Assembly: GCA_016719225.1 (NCBI GenBank)
Contig: JADKAN010000004.1
Span: forward strand, 512,167-576,166
Direction: 5' to 3'
Origin: Flavobacteriales bacterium
GTDB lineage: Bacteria > Bacteroidota > Bacteroidia > Flavobacteriales_F > PHOS-HE28
Length of the DNA: 64,000 bases
The translations under genes and the position numbers were made by a program. The notes under the pieces are model-generated. The model made no database searches, was not told the DNA's origin, and saw nothing but the letters and a program-made list of their open reading frames with translations. Below are positions 9,641 through 19,009 of the stretch, piece after piece; position 1 is the first letter of the stretch; each line of letters starts with the position of its first letter.

Positions 9641-10547
9641 GACCACGACACGCTTGCCGGACCTCATGCTGGTAGGCGCAGCGAAGAGCGGCACTACTTC
9701 GATAGCGCACCAGTTCACCCGGCATCCAAGGGTTTTTCTGCCCATGAACAAGAAGGAACCGCACTTCTTCTCGTTCAATGAAGAGCCGCCGCCTTACACC
9801 GATAAAGCGTTCGTGCGCACCTTGGTATGGAAGCTTAAAGACTACGTGGCCCTCTATGTCTCAGCGCCTCCGAATGCCCGGATAGCCGATTGTTCGACCT
9901 CCTATCTTTATCGGCATCATACAGCCGTGCCGCATATCCTACGCACATATGGCTCCAGAGCTGTGGAACTTAATATGAGCGCCATTTTGCGCGACCCAGT
10001 TGAGCGTGCTTATTCCCATTGGCTTTACTTGGTGCGTAACGGACATGAGGACCTTTCCTTCGAAGAAGCGATCGCTCCCGCGACCGTGGAACGCAGAAAG
10101 AAGGAGCGTTGGGGCTTTGATTATTTGGGCTATGGGCTTTATGCTGAAGCAGTTGGGAATTTCACGTCCGCCTTTCCTTCTTTTAAAGTTTACTTACTGG
10201 AGGATCTGAAGGACCTGCAGGGAACGTTCGACGACATTTGCGACCGGGCCGGCCTTGAGCACTTTGAAGTGGAAAAAGTGCAATCGAACCCCGGCGGAAT
10301 TCCCAAGAGCCGCTGGCTGGTGCGCACCATCCGCCGAAACCCGATCGTCCGCTCCTTTAGCCATATGCTGCCTTCCGGCATGCGCAACTCGGTACGCGCC
10401 AAGCGGGATGGCATGTTAAAGCAGGCGCTGGACAGACCCGAAATGCCAAGGGCCGCGCGCGATATACTGAACGCTTATTACCGTGCAGACGTGGAGCGTC
10501 TTTCTGCTACAATCGGGCGTGACCTTGGCCATTGGTGTTCCAAATGA
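9621..10547 (+). CDS. Sulfotransferase (PAPS-dependent, Sulfotransfer_1/3-like) - ST1
   Basis: 5'-phosphosulfate-binding loop LMLVGAAKSGTTS near the N-terminus and a 3'-phosphate-binding motif ILRDPVERAYSHW. 308 aa. Overlaps the wzx end by 20 nt. Confidence 0.8.
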   Translation: MLRSTSETTTRLPDLMLVGAAKSGTTSIAHQFTRHPRVFLPMNKKEPHFFSFNEEPPPYTDKAFVRTLVWKLKDYVALYVSAPPNARIADCSTSYLYRHHTAVPHILRTYGSRAVELNMSAILRDPVERAYSHWLYLVRNGHEDLSFEEAIAPATVERRKKERWGFDYLGYGLYAEAVGNFTSAFPSFKVYLLEDLKDLQGTFDDICDRAGLEHFEVEKVQSNPGGIPKSRWLVRTIRRNPIVRSFSHMLPSGMRNSVRAKRDGMLKQALDRPEMPRAARDILNAYYRADVERLSATIGRDLGHWCSK

Positions 10548-11464
10548 GCGAGCTCAATCTGCCTAAATGCCTGTTCGTAGGCACCGCTAAGGCCGGGACC
10601 ACCACCATCGAACATGCATTAAAGGCCCATCCAGGAGTCGGTATTCCGCGGAAGGAAACGTTTTTCTTCGACCACGAACTCATGGGCAATGGGCGGTTGC
10701 CATATCCCAAACAGCGGGACACGGATACCATCGTGAAGTCGGAAGCGGAATACCGCGGCCTCTATTCCGGTGCGGCACTGGTAGGTAAGACCGCTGTGGA
10801 GATCGGCACCGGCTACCTCTACCATCATGCAGTGGCCATCCCGAAGATCAAGGACCTTTTGGGTGCGGATACCCGGATAGGCATCGTACTGCGCGATCCG
10901 GTGGAACGCGCATGGTCCTCTTACATGCACTTCGTGAAGGACACGCACGAAACCCTGGGCTTCCGGGAATCCATTGCCGCAGAACCTCTGCGCACTGCCG
11001 AGAATTGGGATTTCATGTGGCACCACATCGCCATGGGGCGCTACGCTGACCAAGTGGCGGCGTATGTCAAGGCTTTCCCGAACACCCGCGTATTTATTTT
11101 CGAAGATCTACGTGCTGACGCCGATGGCTTTATGCGCGGGGTGTTCGATCTGGTGGGCGTGCCCCCTGTGGACCTGCCACCCGTAAAAGCGCAGAATCCT
11201 TCAGGCCAACCGAAATATCGGGGCCTTCAGCGACTGATAACTACGGATAATCCTATCAAAGGCCTGTTACGCCCATTAGTGCGCATGTTGGTTCCTGAGG
11301 AGCGCAGGCGCAAGGCAAGGAAGTTCGTGAAAGAGAAGAATCTCACCACGTCCGGGGGGCTTCAACCCGAGGACCGCACTTGGCTTAGGGATATTTACCA
11401 TGAGGATGTAAAGCGGCTTTCCGTAACCTTGGGCCAAGATCTGTTCGTGAAATGGCGCTGGTAA
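10544..11464 (+). CDS. Sulfotransferase (PAPS-dependent) - ST2
   Basis: CLFVGTAKAGTTT loop and VLRDPVERAWSSY motif. ATG at 10544 overlaps the ST1 stop as ATGA. Paralogous to ST1 but divergent. Confidence 0.8.
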   Translation: MSELNLPKCLFVGTAKAGTTTIEHALKAHPGVGIPRKETFFFDHELMGNGRLPYPKQRDTDTIVKSEAEYRGLYSGAALVGKTAVEIGTGYLYHHAVAIPKIKDLLGADTRIGIVLRDPVERAWSSYMHFVKDTHETLGFRESIAAEPLRTAENWDFMWHHIAMGRYADQVAAYVKAFPNTRVFIFEDLRADADGFMRGVFDLVGVPPVDLPPVKAQNPSGQPKYRGLQRLITTDNPIKGLLRPLVRMLVPEERRRKARKFVKEKNLTTSGGLQPEDRTWLRDIYHEDVKRLSVTLGQDLFVKWRW

Positions 11465-12795
11465 GCCCCTCTTCTTCCACGGCTTCTGAAAAGCAGTTGC
11501 CTTGGCCCTTCCGCTACAAGGGATTGTCCTTGGGCATTCTCACGTTCATGGTGACCATTGTTTGGCGTGTGCTCACGGTGAGCCACTTCACCTTGGTGAT
11601 CGGTACCATAGAAGTGGCCCTGTTCGCATTGCTCATGGTTTGGGTTGTATGGCGGCTGGTCCAACGGTGGATGGCGGATGATTGGGGCATCAATGGTTTT
11701 GAGATCTACGTCCTTCTCCTGATCATTCTGCCGTTGGGTTCAGCCTTCGGCGCCCGGAAAGAGTTTGGCCAGCCGTTGATCTGGGGCATCATCGCTTTCA
11801 AGGATTATTACCTATTGCTCGGCGTACTTGCGGTATATCATTGGTTGCGCATGGGATGGGTCACCCTGAAGCAGTTGGAAAAGGCCATGCTTATCATGTC
11901 TTGGATCTGCTTGATCTATTTCTACTTCGCAACACTCTTCATAAACCCCGCACCGTATCAGGACACGCCACTCGCCGGGGCTAACGAAGTAAAAGGCGGT
12001 GGGGTGTATTACCGCTTCAACATGGCCGCCATGTATTTCGGTGCCATCTATTACTCTGCACGTGCATTCAAACGCGAAACGTGGTTCGATCTCTTCTACG
12101 CAATGCTCTTCGCAGCGTACGTCGTGATCTTCCGGCTGGATCGCACCTCCATGGCAGTTACCGCTTTAGGCATGGCGGGAGTGGTTCTTTTCCATGTTCC
12201 CCTGAAGCGTATCGTGCGGGCGATGATGGTGGTACTGATCCCATTGATCTTCGGCGTGGTATTGATCTTCCTGCTTGCTCCCAGCAAGGTGAAGCAGTAC
12301 GAGGACATGTTCACAGACGCCATCCATACGGTGATGGGCACTTCAGGCGGAGAAGCCGAAGTGGGTGTTCGCACTTTGGAGATCGCTATCGCGGACCGCC
12401 AGGTGGCCAAGCACCCTTGGTTGGGCAACGGGCGGATCAGCCACACTTGGAATGAGACCGGATATGAACAGTGGCTCGGCTTCTTTTTCCCGGCGGACGT
12501 GGGAATGTTGGGTCTAACATTCATTTATGGATATCCAGGAATGGTGTTCCTCTACCTCCTCTTCGCCGTAGCCGCCATTTACATGCTCCGCGTAAAGGGG
12601 CGTAACGATGACCTGTTCTTCATCACTTGCCAGTTCCTCCTATTGGCGTTGTTCCTGGATTCGCTCACCAACGGCCAATTGACGCAGAACCCTGGCCAAG
12701 CCTTGCTGCTCATGGGTGTGATGCACTATTACTCGCGGATCAGCCCTGCAGTAGTGCAACAAGGGGCGCTGCTTTCCGCACCGGCCTTGGCCTGA
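11452..12795 (+). CDS. Wzy-type polysaccharide polymerase / O-antigen ligase-like membrane protein
   Basis: 447 aa, more than 10 predicted TM helices, a large loop before the last helices. Sits between the sulfotransferases and beside wzx. The family call rests on context and topology only. Confidence 0.55.
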   Translation: MALVSPSSSTASEKQLPWPFRYKGLSLGILTFMVTIVWRVLTVSHFTLVIGTIEVALFALLMVWVVWRLVQRWMADDWGINGFEIYVLLLIILPLGSAFGARKEFGQPLIWGIIAFKDYYLLLGVLAVYHWLRMGWVTLKQLEKAMLIMSWICLIYFYFATLFINPAPYQDTPLAGANEVKGGGVYYRFNMAAMYFGAIYYSARAFKRETWFDLFYAMLFAAYVVIFRLDRTSMAVTALGMAGVVLFHVPLKRIVRAMMVVLIPLIFGVVLIFLLAPSKVKQYEDMFTDAIHTVMGTSGGEAEVGVRTLEIAIADRQVAKHPWLGNGRISHTWNETGYEQWLGFFFPADVGMLGLTFIYGYPGMVFLYLLFAVAAIYMLRVKGRNDDLFFITCQFLLLALFLDSLTNGQLTQNPGQALLLMGVMHYYSRISPAVVQQGALLSAPALA

Positions 12796-13533
12796 TCAAC
12801 GCAGGTAGAGCCAGAAGATCTTGCGAAGTACGTTCAAGCCACGGTAGACGGGCATGGCCGACGCAGGCATCTTTATGTGGTCCCAGGTAGGAGGGAACGT
12901 GTAGCCGAACTCCTCCATGTACGGGCCGAACACGAATTTAGCTCGCCGCTTCGATGCATCAGTGTCGAAGTATTCCGTGAAATGCTTGCCCTCCTTGGCC
13001 GTCTTGTTGCCTACAGGCAGCGGACGGGTCTGTTCCACGCCAAGCTTTCTCAGGGCATCGGCAAAATCCTCTTGGAGGTTTTCGTAGCGCACAACCTTAT
13101 CGAACTTTTTGTGGTCCAAAATGCTCCAACTGGCGTAAGGGATCTTGTGGTTGCGCATGAACCAAGTAGAGAACGATTGGTTCTTTCCAATGATCTCCGA
13201 ATGGCTCCGTTTGTTCCACCAAAGCATGATGTGCTTGCGCAGGAAACCGTGTTGGATCTTGTTCGCCTCCGCGTTGCTGTAGCGGTCCTCATGGTCGCTG
13301 CGCACCTTGAAATAAGTGCTCACGGTGATGTCCATCGGGTTGCGCAGGCCGGAGATCACGCGGTACTTTTTCTGCTCGGCGTCAGCCGCTTTCATATAGT
13401 CCGTGCGATACAGCGCATGCTTGAAGCAGAACTCTCGGGCTTCGTACTGGTCCGTCAGCTCGCGTGAAATGGCGGTACTGGCTGTTTGTGGGAGGTTCAC
13501 AAAGACGAACCGGTGCTTGTCGCTTATGACCAT
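12796..13533 (-). CDS. Sulfotransferase family protein (Sulfotransfer_2/3-like, a different family from ST1/2/4/5) - ST3
   Basis: 245 aa. N-terminal FVFVNLPQTASTAIS resembles the family-2 PKxGST PAPS loop, and GLRNPMDITVSTYFK resembles the RxPxxRxxS 3'-phosphate motif. Opposite strand to its neighbours. Confidence 0.55.
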   Translation of the reverse strand: MVISDKHRFVFVNLPQTASTAISRELTDQYEAREFCFKHALYRTDYMKAADAEQKKYRVISGLRNPMDITVSTYFKVRSDHEDRYSNAEANKIQHGFLRKHIMLWWNKRSHSEIIGKNQSFSTWFMRNHKIPYASWSILDHKKFDKVVRYENLQEDFADALRKLGVEQTRPLPVGNKTAKEGKHFTEYFDTDASKRRAKFVFGPYMEEFGYTFPPTWDHIKMPASAMPVYRGLNVLRKIFWLYLR

Positions 13534-13988
13534 GTGTGCGTTTTGGAGGCGAATAGTTGCTGTTGCGGAAATGCTTTTCGGCCCCGAAGTAAGGCCTTAT
13601 AGGAATGAATACCGGCTTTTGACCATGCTTCATCCCGATATTTGTATCGGCGTCCTTCAACGCGACACCTGACCAGATGGTTCTCCAACGCACCTTGCCT
13701 TTCCATTTCCGTTGGCTTTTTGCCGGACCTGGAAGTAAGGATCGTGCTTCAGGGCTCGGCCCGAGCGACTGGAGTTCCGGACCACTGACAGAAGTGGAAC
13801 CCGGACGTCCCAGCGGAGTCACCTCAAGATCCAAATTCGTGCGACTGAAGGACAGGTCAGTGGTTGAAGCTGAAGTTACCTTACGAAACAATGGGACGTT
13901 GATCCCCGTAGAAAAAACCTTGTATGCCATTCACCAGTTCACGTTGCCGCTATCCGCTCATGCTATGTCCCATAAGGGCACCTAAGCG

Positions 13989-15026
13989 TTGCCGGCGATC
14001 CGCCATTATCATCAGTGCATGACCAACGCCCGGCACATGCCGCACAATCGGACCGACAAAGCTGAGTTCTGCCCTGATTTCCTCGTCGTTGGCGTGGTAA
14101 AAGGAGGCACTACCGCACTCTACAACCTGCTGGACCGCCATCCCGGCATTCATTTGCCACCGATAAAGGAGACCAATCATTTTTCGCGGGGTGACATGCG
14201 ACCTGCGGATTTTGCCCGCGAGTATGCGCTGGATGTACGCATGGACCCTGCGAAGTACATCCGGGACGGGATGAACGAAGTGGTACACATAGCGCATGTG
14301 GACGACTCCTCGGACTATGCGGCGCTTTTCAGCAAGGCCACTCCCGGACAAGTGCTGGGCGAGGTCTGTCCTTCATACGCCATATGCCCTTCCGCCGCTG
14401 CGGCCATCCATACTGCTAGGCCATCCGCACAAATTTTCTTCATGCTTCGCGATCCGGTGCAACGTGCCTGGTCGCAGTACATCATGAACCTGCGTGAGGG
14501 GAAAACCCTTGAAAAGGATTTCCTGAAAGAAGTGGAACGCGATGCCAAGCAGGCCAAGACCGGCTGGGGCGTGAACCACCAGTACTTGGCACTGGGCATG
14601 TATGCGGAACAGGTGGAACGTTACTTGCAACTGTTCCCCAAGGAACAGGTACATGTGCTTTTGCATGAGCGGTTCAAGAAGGATCCTGCGGCCACAATGG
14701 CCCAGGTTTTCGCTGCTATCGGCGTTGAACCCTTGGTGGACATGGACACCTCCGGAAAGTTCAACGAAGCCGCTGTACCGCGCAATGCCGTGCTGAACCG
14801 ACTGCTGGTGCGCAGCGGAGCTATCAGCGCAATTAAGGCCCTAGTACCCCGCGATCTTCGTGGCGGTTTCAAGGAGATGCTCTATTCCAAAAAGGACATG
14901 CCCACGCTGCCCAAGGATCAGGCATCAGCGCTATGGGAAACATATGCGCCGGATGTTGACCGGCTTTCACAATTGATCGGTATGGACCTGCGCCAATGGT
15001 GGGGGGTGAAGAAAGCAAAGGCATGA
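13989..15026 (+). CDS. Sulfotransferase (PAPS-dependent) - ST4
   Basis: FLVVGVVKGGTTAL loop and MLRDPVQRAWSQY motif. 345 aa; the true start may be an internal Met (for example near 14019). Confidence 0.8.
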   Translation: MPAIRHYHQCMTNARHMPHNRTDKAEFCPDFLVVGVVKGGTTALYNLLDRHPGIHLPPIKETNHFSRGDMRPADFAREYALDVRMDPAKYIRDGMNEVVHIAHVDDSSDYAALFSKATPGQVLGEVCPSYAICPSAAAAIHTARPSAQIFFMLRDPVQRAWSQYIMNLREGKTLEKDFLKEVERDAKQAKTGWGVNHQYLALGMYAEQVERYLQLFPKEQVHVLLHERFKKDPAATMAQVFAAIGVEPLVDMDTSGKFNEAAVPRNAVLNRLLVRSGAISAIKALVPRDLRGGFKEMLYSKKDMPTLPKDQASALWETYAPDVDRLSQLIGMDLRQWWGVKKAKA

Positions 15027-16042
15027 ATACAGGTATCGGACACGTTTTCGTGGTTGGGAATTCGCGCAGCGGCACTACCATGATGTTGCGGGTGATGAAC
15101 AACCATTCGCAGGTTCATGGGATCAATGAGCCGCATTTCTATGGTACCTACTGGGCTCCTGCGGATGATGGGAAACCACTGCCGGAGGCTGATGCAAAGG
15201 AGTTATTCATCAAGCTCATCACGCGCCAACGCGATGGTTTCTTCGCCGAGGTGACTCCCGGCAAGTTCGATGCTGAGGTGCAACGCATGTATGATGAACT
15301 GCCGGCCGGTGCCGATCGCAAGGACGTCTATGCTGGTTTCATGGCCTATGAAACGAAGCTGAACGGGAAGAACATAGCCTGCGAGAAAACGCCCCAGAAC
15401 ATTTTCTACATTGACGAGATCCAAAGGCATTTCCCGGGCGCCAAGACCATCGTTATGTTCCGCGATCCCCGCGCCGTGCTGCTGTCGCAAAAGCGGAAAT
15501 GGATGCGCAAGGACCTTGGCATGACCGGTATGCCCGACTCGGAAGTGCGCCGCCTGAGGATGAATTATCATCCGTTCACCATTTCGCGCCTGTGGAATTC
15601 CAGTTTCGATGCGGCCAAGCGTCACAAAGGGAACCCTGACGTGGTAGAAGTCCGTTTCGAGGACCTCACCGGCGACCCTGAAGGCACCATGCGCCGCATA
15701 TGCACCGCCGTAGGTATTCCATTCGAGCCTGCTATGCTGCAAGTGCCACACGCGGGCAGCTCGAGCGCGATGGACGACCCCACTAAAAAGGGGATCCGTA
15801 CCGATAGAGGCAATAGTTGGAAGAAAGGATTGGACGATACCGAAATTGCCATTTGCCAAAGCACGTGTGGCACGCGCATGGCACAACTGGGTTATGGCTA
15901 CGCGGACGTTTCCCCGAGCGCATTGAGCCTTGCCGCTGCTTGGGCCAGCTTTCCCTTCAAACTCGTTGGCGCGTTCGCGCTTAATCTGGGGCGCATGCGC
16001 AACATGGTGAACACACTTCAACGCAGACTGAAACAGGCTTGA
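15023..16042 (+). CDS. Sulfotransferase (PAPS-dependent) - ST5
   Basis: VFVVGNSRSGTTMM loop and MFRDPRAVLLSQK motif. ATG at 15023 overlaps the ST4 stop as ATGA. Confidence 0.75.
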   Translation: MNTGIGHVFVVGNSRSGTTMMLRVMNNHSQVHGINEPHFYGTYWAPADDGKPLPEADAKELFIKLITRQRDGFFAEVTPGKFDAEVQRMYDELPAGADRKDVYAGFMAYETKLNGKNIACEKTPQNIFYIDEIQRHFPGAKTIVMFRDPRAVLLSQKRKWMRKDLGMTGMPDSEVRRLRMNYHPFTISRLWNSSFDAAKRHKGNPDVVEVRFEDLTGDPEGTMRRICTAVGIPFEPAMLQVPHAGSSSAMDDPTKKGIRTDRGNSWKKGLDDTEIAICQSTCGTRMAQLGYGYADVSPSALSLAAAWASFPFKLVGAFALNLGRMRNMVNTLQRRLKQA

Positions 16043-16818
16043 TGAAGCGCGTGAAGCTTTTCGGCCTACCGTTCATAGCCGCCGAGAATCACGATGGCGT
16101 GGTGTCGGAAGTGCTGGCTTGGCCGTTGGAAAAGGAGGAACCGCAGGAGCTGCCGTTGTTGAGCACGCCCAATGTGGACCAAGTGGTGAAGCTCCATCGC
16201 CACGAACATGCGGGTTTGCTTGCTCAGATCGCGAACGCGCGTTTTGTCCTTCCCGACGGGCAACCCATCGTATGGGTGAGCAAACGGAAAAAAGGCAGCG
16301 AACTCCCGGCCCGGCTGGCAGGCAGTGATCTGTTCCCTGCGGTTTGGAATAAGCTCGCCACGAGGAAAGCGCCGATATTCATGGTGCTGGCCAACGATGC
16401 GATCGGGGAAGCGTTGCGGAAAGAGAATCCGGAGATGCACTGGTTGACACCGCCCTTCTATTCCATATCCGACCCCGGAGCGGAAGAACAGGTCGTGACC
16501 TCTGTATTCAATGAGCTCATGGCGCGGCCGGTACCCTTGGTTTTCTTGGGCCTGGGCTTTCCGAAGCAGGAACGTTTGGCACTTGCCTTGATCGAAAGAC
16601 TGAAGACCGCTGCGGTGCCGATGCCATTGTTCCTTTTGCTGGGCGCGTCGTTCGAGTTCCATGCAGGATTGAAGAAGCGTGCCCCCAAGATCTTCCAAAA
16701 GCTCGGCCTCGAATTCTTCCATCGCTTCCTTTCCGAGCCTAAGCGCATGTTCCGCCGCTACTTCGTGGATGACATGGTCTTCTTCAAGCTGGCCCTAAAG
16801 GAACTGCGCGCTTCTTGA
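16039..16818 (+). CDS. WecB/TagA/CpsF family glycosyltransferase (GT26; UDP-ManNAc(A)/GlcNAc-type transferase to the lipid-linked acceptor)
   Basis: 259 aa. Motifs TPNVDQVVK...FVLPDGQPIVWVSK match the GT26 TPNPE...DG.GVVW pattern. ATGA overlap with ST5. Confidence 0.75.
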   Translation: MMKRVKLFGLPFIAAENHDGVVSEVLAWPLEKEEPQELPLLSTPNVDQVVKLHRHEHAGLLAQIANARFVLPDGQPIVWVSKRKKGSELPARLAGSDLFPAVWNKLATRKAPIFMVLANDAIGEALRKENPEMHWLTPPFYSISDPGAEEQVVTSVFNELMARPVPLVFLGLGFPKQERLALALIERLKTAAVPMPLFLLLGASFEFHAGLKKRAPKIFQKLGLEFFHRFLSEPKRMFRRYFVDDMVFFKLALKELRAS

Positions 16819-16880
16819 TCCCGGACACGTCCTTCTATCTTTGTCCATAGCCATGCGCCCAATGCGCTGGCGGAATTTCC

Positions 16881-17792
16881 ATGGCCACTACAGCAGCCCA
16901 CTTCGACACGCGTAACACGCCCACCATCGATCAGGTCGGGATCGAGGAACGCGTTGCCCGCATCAAGACCCGAAGCATCAAGAAGGAAACGAAGGTGGAA
17001 GGGATGAAGCTCGCGCTGAGCATGATCGACCTCACTACGTTGGAAGGCGCCGACACTCCCGGCAAGGTGAACCAGATGTGCTACAAAGCCATGCACCTGC
17101 ACGATCAAATGCCCGGGCTACCAACCGTGGCCGCCGTCTGCGTGTACCCCACACTGGTGAAGACCGCGAAAAAAGCCTTGGGTGAAAGTGGCGTGAAAGT
17201 GGCCGCCGTGGCCACTGCCTTCCCCAGTGGACAAGCGCCTAAGTCAGTGAAGATCGCAGACACCAAGTTCGCGGTGAACGAAGGCGCTGACGAGATCGAC
17301 ATGGTAATCAGCCGGGGCCATTTCCACAGCGGGGAATACAATTATGTTTTCGATGAGATCGCCGCGATCAAGGAAGTCTGCGGTAAAGCCCGCCTTAAGG
17401 TGATCCTGGAGACCGGCGAACTGGGTACATACGATAAGGTGCGTTTGGCGAGTGACATCGCCATCGCCGCCGGGGCCGACTTCATCAAGACCAGCACGGG
17501 CAAGATCAGTCCCGCAGCCACCATGGAGGTGACCTTGGTGATGCTGCACGCCATCCGCGATCATTACCTGCGCACCGGGGAGATGATCGCCATGAAGCCG
17601 GCGGGTGGTATCCGCACGAGCAAACAGGCCCTGCATTACCTGATGATGGTGAAGGAGGAGCTGGGGCCGGAATGGCTGAGCAACCACTGGTTCCGCTTCG
17701 GCGCCAGTAGTTTGGCCAATGATATTCTGATGCAGTTGCAAAAGGAGGCCACGGGGCGTTACCAGAGCGCGGACTATTTCAGTTTGGATTAA
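16881..17792 (+). CDS. deoC: Deoxyribose-phosphate aldolase (long form)
   Basis: GADEIDMVI and the FIKTSTGK Schiff-base lysine region; 303 aa, long DERA-like form. Confidence 0.85.
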   Translation: MATTAAHFDTRNTPTIDQVGIEERVARIKTRSIKKETKVEGMKLALSMIDLTTLEGADTPGKVNQMCYKAMHLHDQMPGLPTVAAVCVYPTLVKTAKKALGESGVKVAAVATAFPSGQAPKSVKIADTKFAVNEGADEIDMVISRGHFHSGEYNYVFDEIAAIKEVCGKARLKVILETGELGTYDKVRLASDIAIAAGADFIKTSTGKISPAATMEVTLVMLHAIRDHYLRTGEMIAMKPAGGIRTSKQALHYLMMVKEELGPEWLSNHWFRFGASSLANDILMQLQKEATGRYQSADYFSLD

Positions 17793-17862
17793 GCGGAGAT
17801 AGCCCGAGTTGGATCTGCAACACTTGATCCGTGGTCTGCTGGTCTTGGCGCGGATCCTATGA

Positions 17863-18969
17863 TCAATTCACAGCATACACCTTTCCCGGAAGGCTACGCA
17901 CCACGCCGTTGAATTCGAGGTTGAGTAAAATGCCCGCGGCCTTATGGGGCTGCATCCGGCTGCGGAAACACAAGGTATCGATATCCATCTTTCCTTGTTC
18001 CTTGATGAGGTCGACCAAGGCTTTTTCATCGGGTAGCAGGTCGGTGAAGAGTGCCGCTTGCACGGGTGCCTTTTTAGCTGTGGGCAACCATTCCATCAGC
18101 TTGAGCACATCGGCTGAACAGGTCACTAGGTGCGCTTTGCTCTGCTGTATCAACCGGTTGCAACCGATGCTGCGACTATCCGTGGGCCTCCCGGGAAAGG
18201 CCATCACCTCGCGGTCGTAGCTATCCGCGATGTCCGCGGTGATGAGCGATCCGCCTTTTGTGCCGCTTTCCACCACGACAGTGCAGTCGCTGAGGCCGGC
18301 GATCACGCGGTTGCGCGCAGGGAAATTCCCCGGTGCGAAGGTGCTACCGCTGGTCAGTTCGCTGATCAGTGCGCCTTGCTCACACATTTCTTTTGCGGTG
18401 GAAGCATGTTCACCGGGATAGAGCCGGTCCAGCCCATGCGCGACGCAGCCAACCGTTTGCATTCCGTGCCGCAATGCCGCGCGGTGGGCCACGATGTCGA
18501 TGCCATAGGCCAAGCCGCTTATCACCAGCGCGCCGCTTTCCTTCATGCCTTCAACCAATTCTTCACATAGCTGCTTGCCCTGTGCCGTGGGCATGCGTGT
18601 GCCCACGATGGAGATGCTGCGCGGCGGATCCAGGTCGGCATTGCCTTTCACAAAGAGCAGCACTGGTGCGTCATCGCAATGACGCAGCCGTTCGGGAAAT
18701 TCCTCATCCAAGTAGAACAGCATCCGCAGCTTGTTCTTGCGCACGTATTCCAGTTCTTTTTCCGCTGCCTTGATCACGGAACTGCCCAATATGGACCCGG
18801 CCAGCACTTTGCCTATGCCCGGCACCTTTTCCAAGGAACGCCGAACGGCTTTGTCAGTGAAAAGCATGTCCACACCACCGCAATAGGCAACGAGGTTACG
18901 TGCGTTCACCGGTCCGATGCCCTTGAGCATGGAGAGCGCGATGCGGTGGATCAATTGACTGTCTTCCAT
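17863..18969 (-). CDS. dprA: DNA-processing protein DprA (Smf)
   Basis: 368 aa; N-terminal SAM-like region (LKGIGPVNARNLV), Rossmann DprA core and a C-terminal WH domain. Confidence 0.85.
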   Translation of the reverse strand: MEDSQLIHRIALSMLKGIGPVNARNLVAYCGGVDMLFTDKAVRRSLEKVPGIGKVLAGSILGSSVIKAAEKELEYVRKNKLRMLFYLDEEFPERLRHCDDAPVLLFVKGNADLDPPRSISIVGTRMPTAQGKQLCEELVEGMKESGALVISGLAYGIDIVAHRAALRHGMQTVGCVAHGLDRLYPGEHASTAKEMCEQGALISELTSGSTFAPGNFPARNRVIAGLSDCTVVVESGTKGGSLITADIADSYDREVMAFPGRPTDSRSIGCNRLIQQSKAHLVTCSADVLKLMEWLPTAKKAPVQAALFTDLLPDEKALVDLIKEQGKMDIDTLCFRSRMQPHKAAGILLNLEFNGVVRSLPGKVYAVN

Positions 18970-19009
18970 GGCAGGGCATGCCGGCGATCGCTACATTCGC
19001 CGTCAACGC

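Noticed and set aside
13382-13985. ORFs 13382-13930 (minus strand) and 13677-13985 (plus strand) in the intergenic gap
   Set aside because: Ser/Pro/Arg-rich low-complexity translations; the minus one overlaps the ST3 start in a different frame. Treated as a non-coding spacer.
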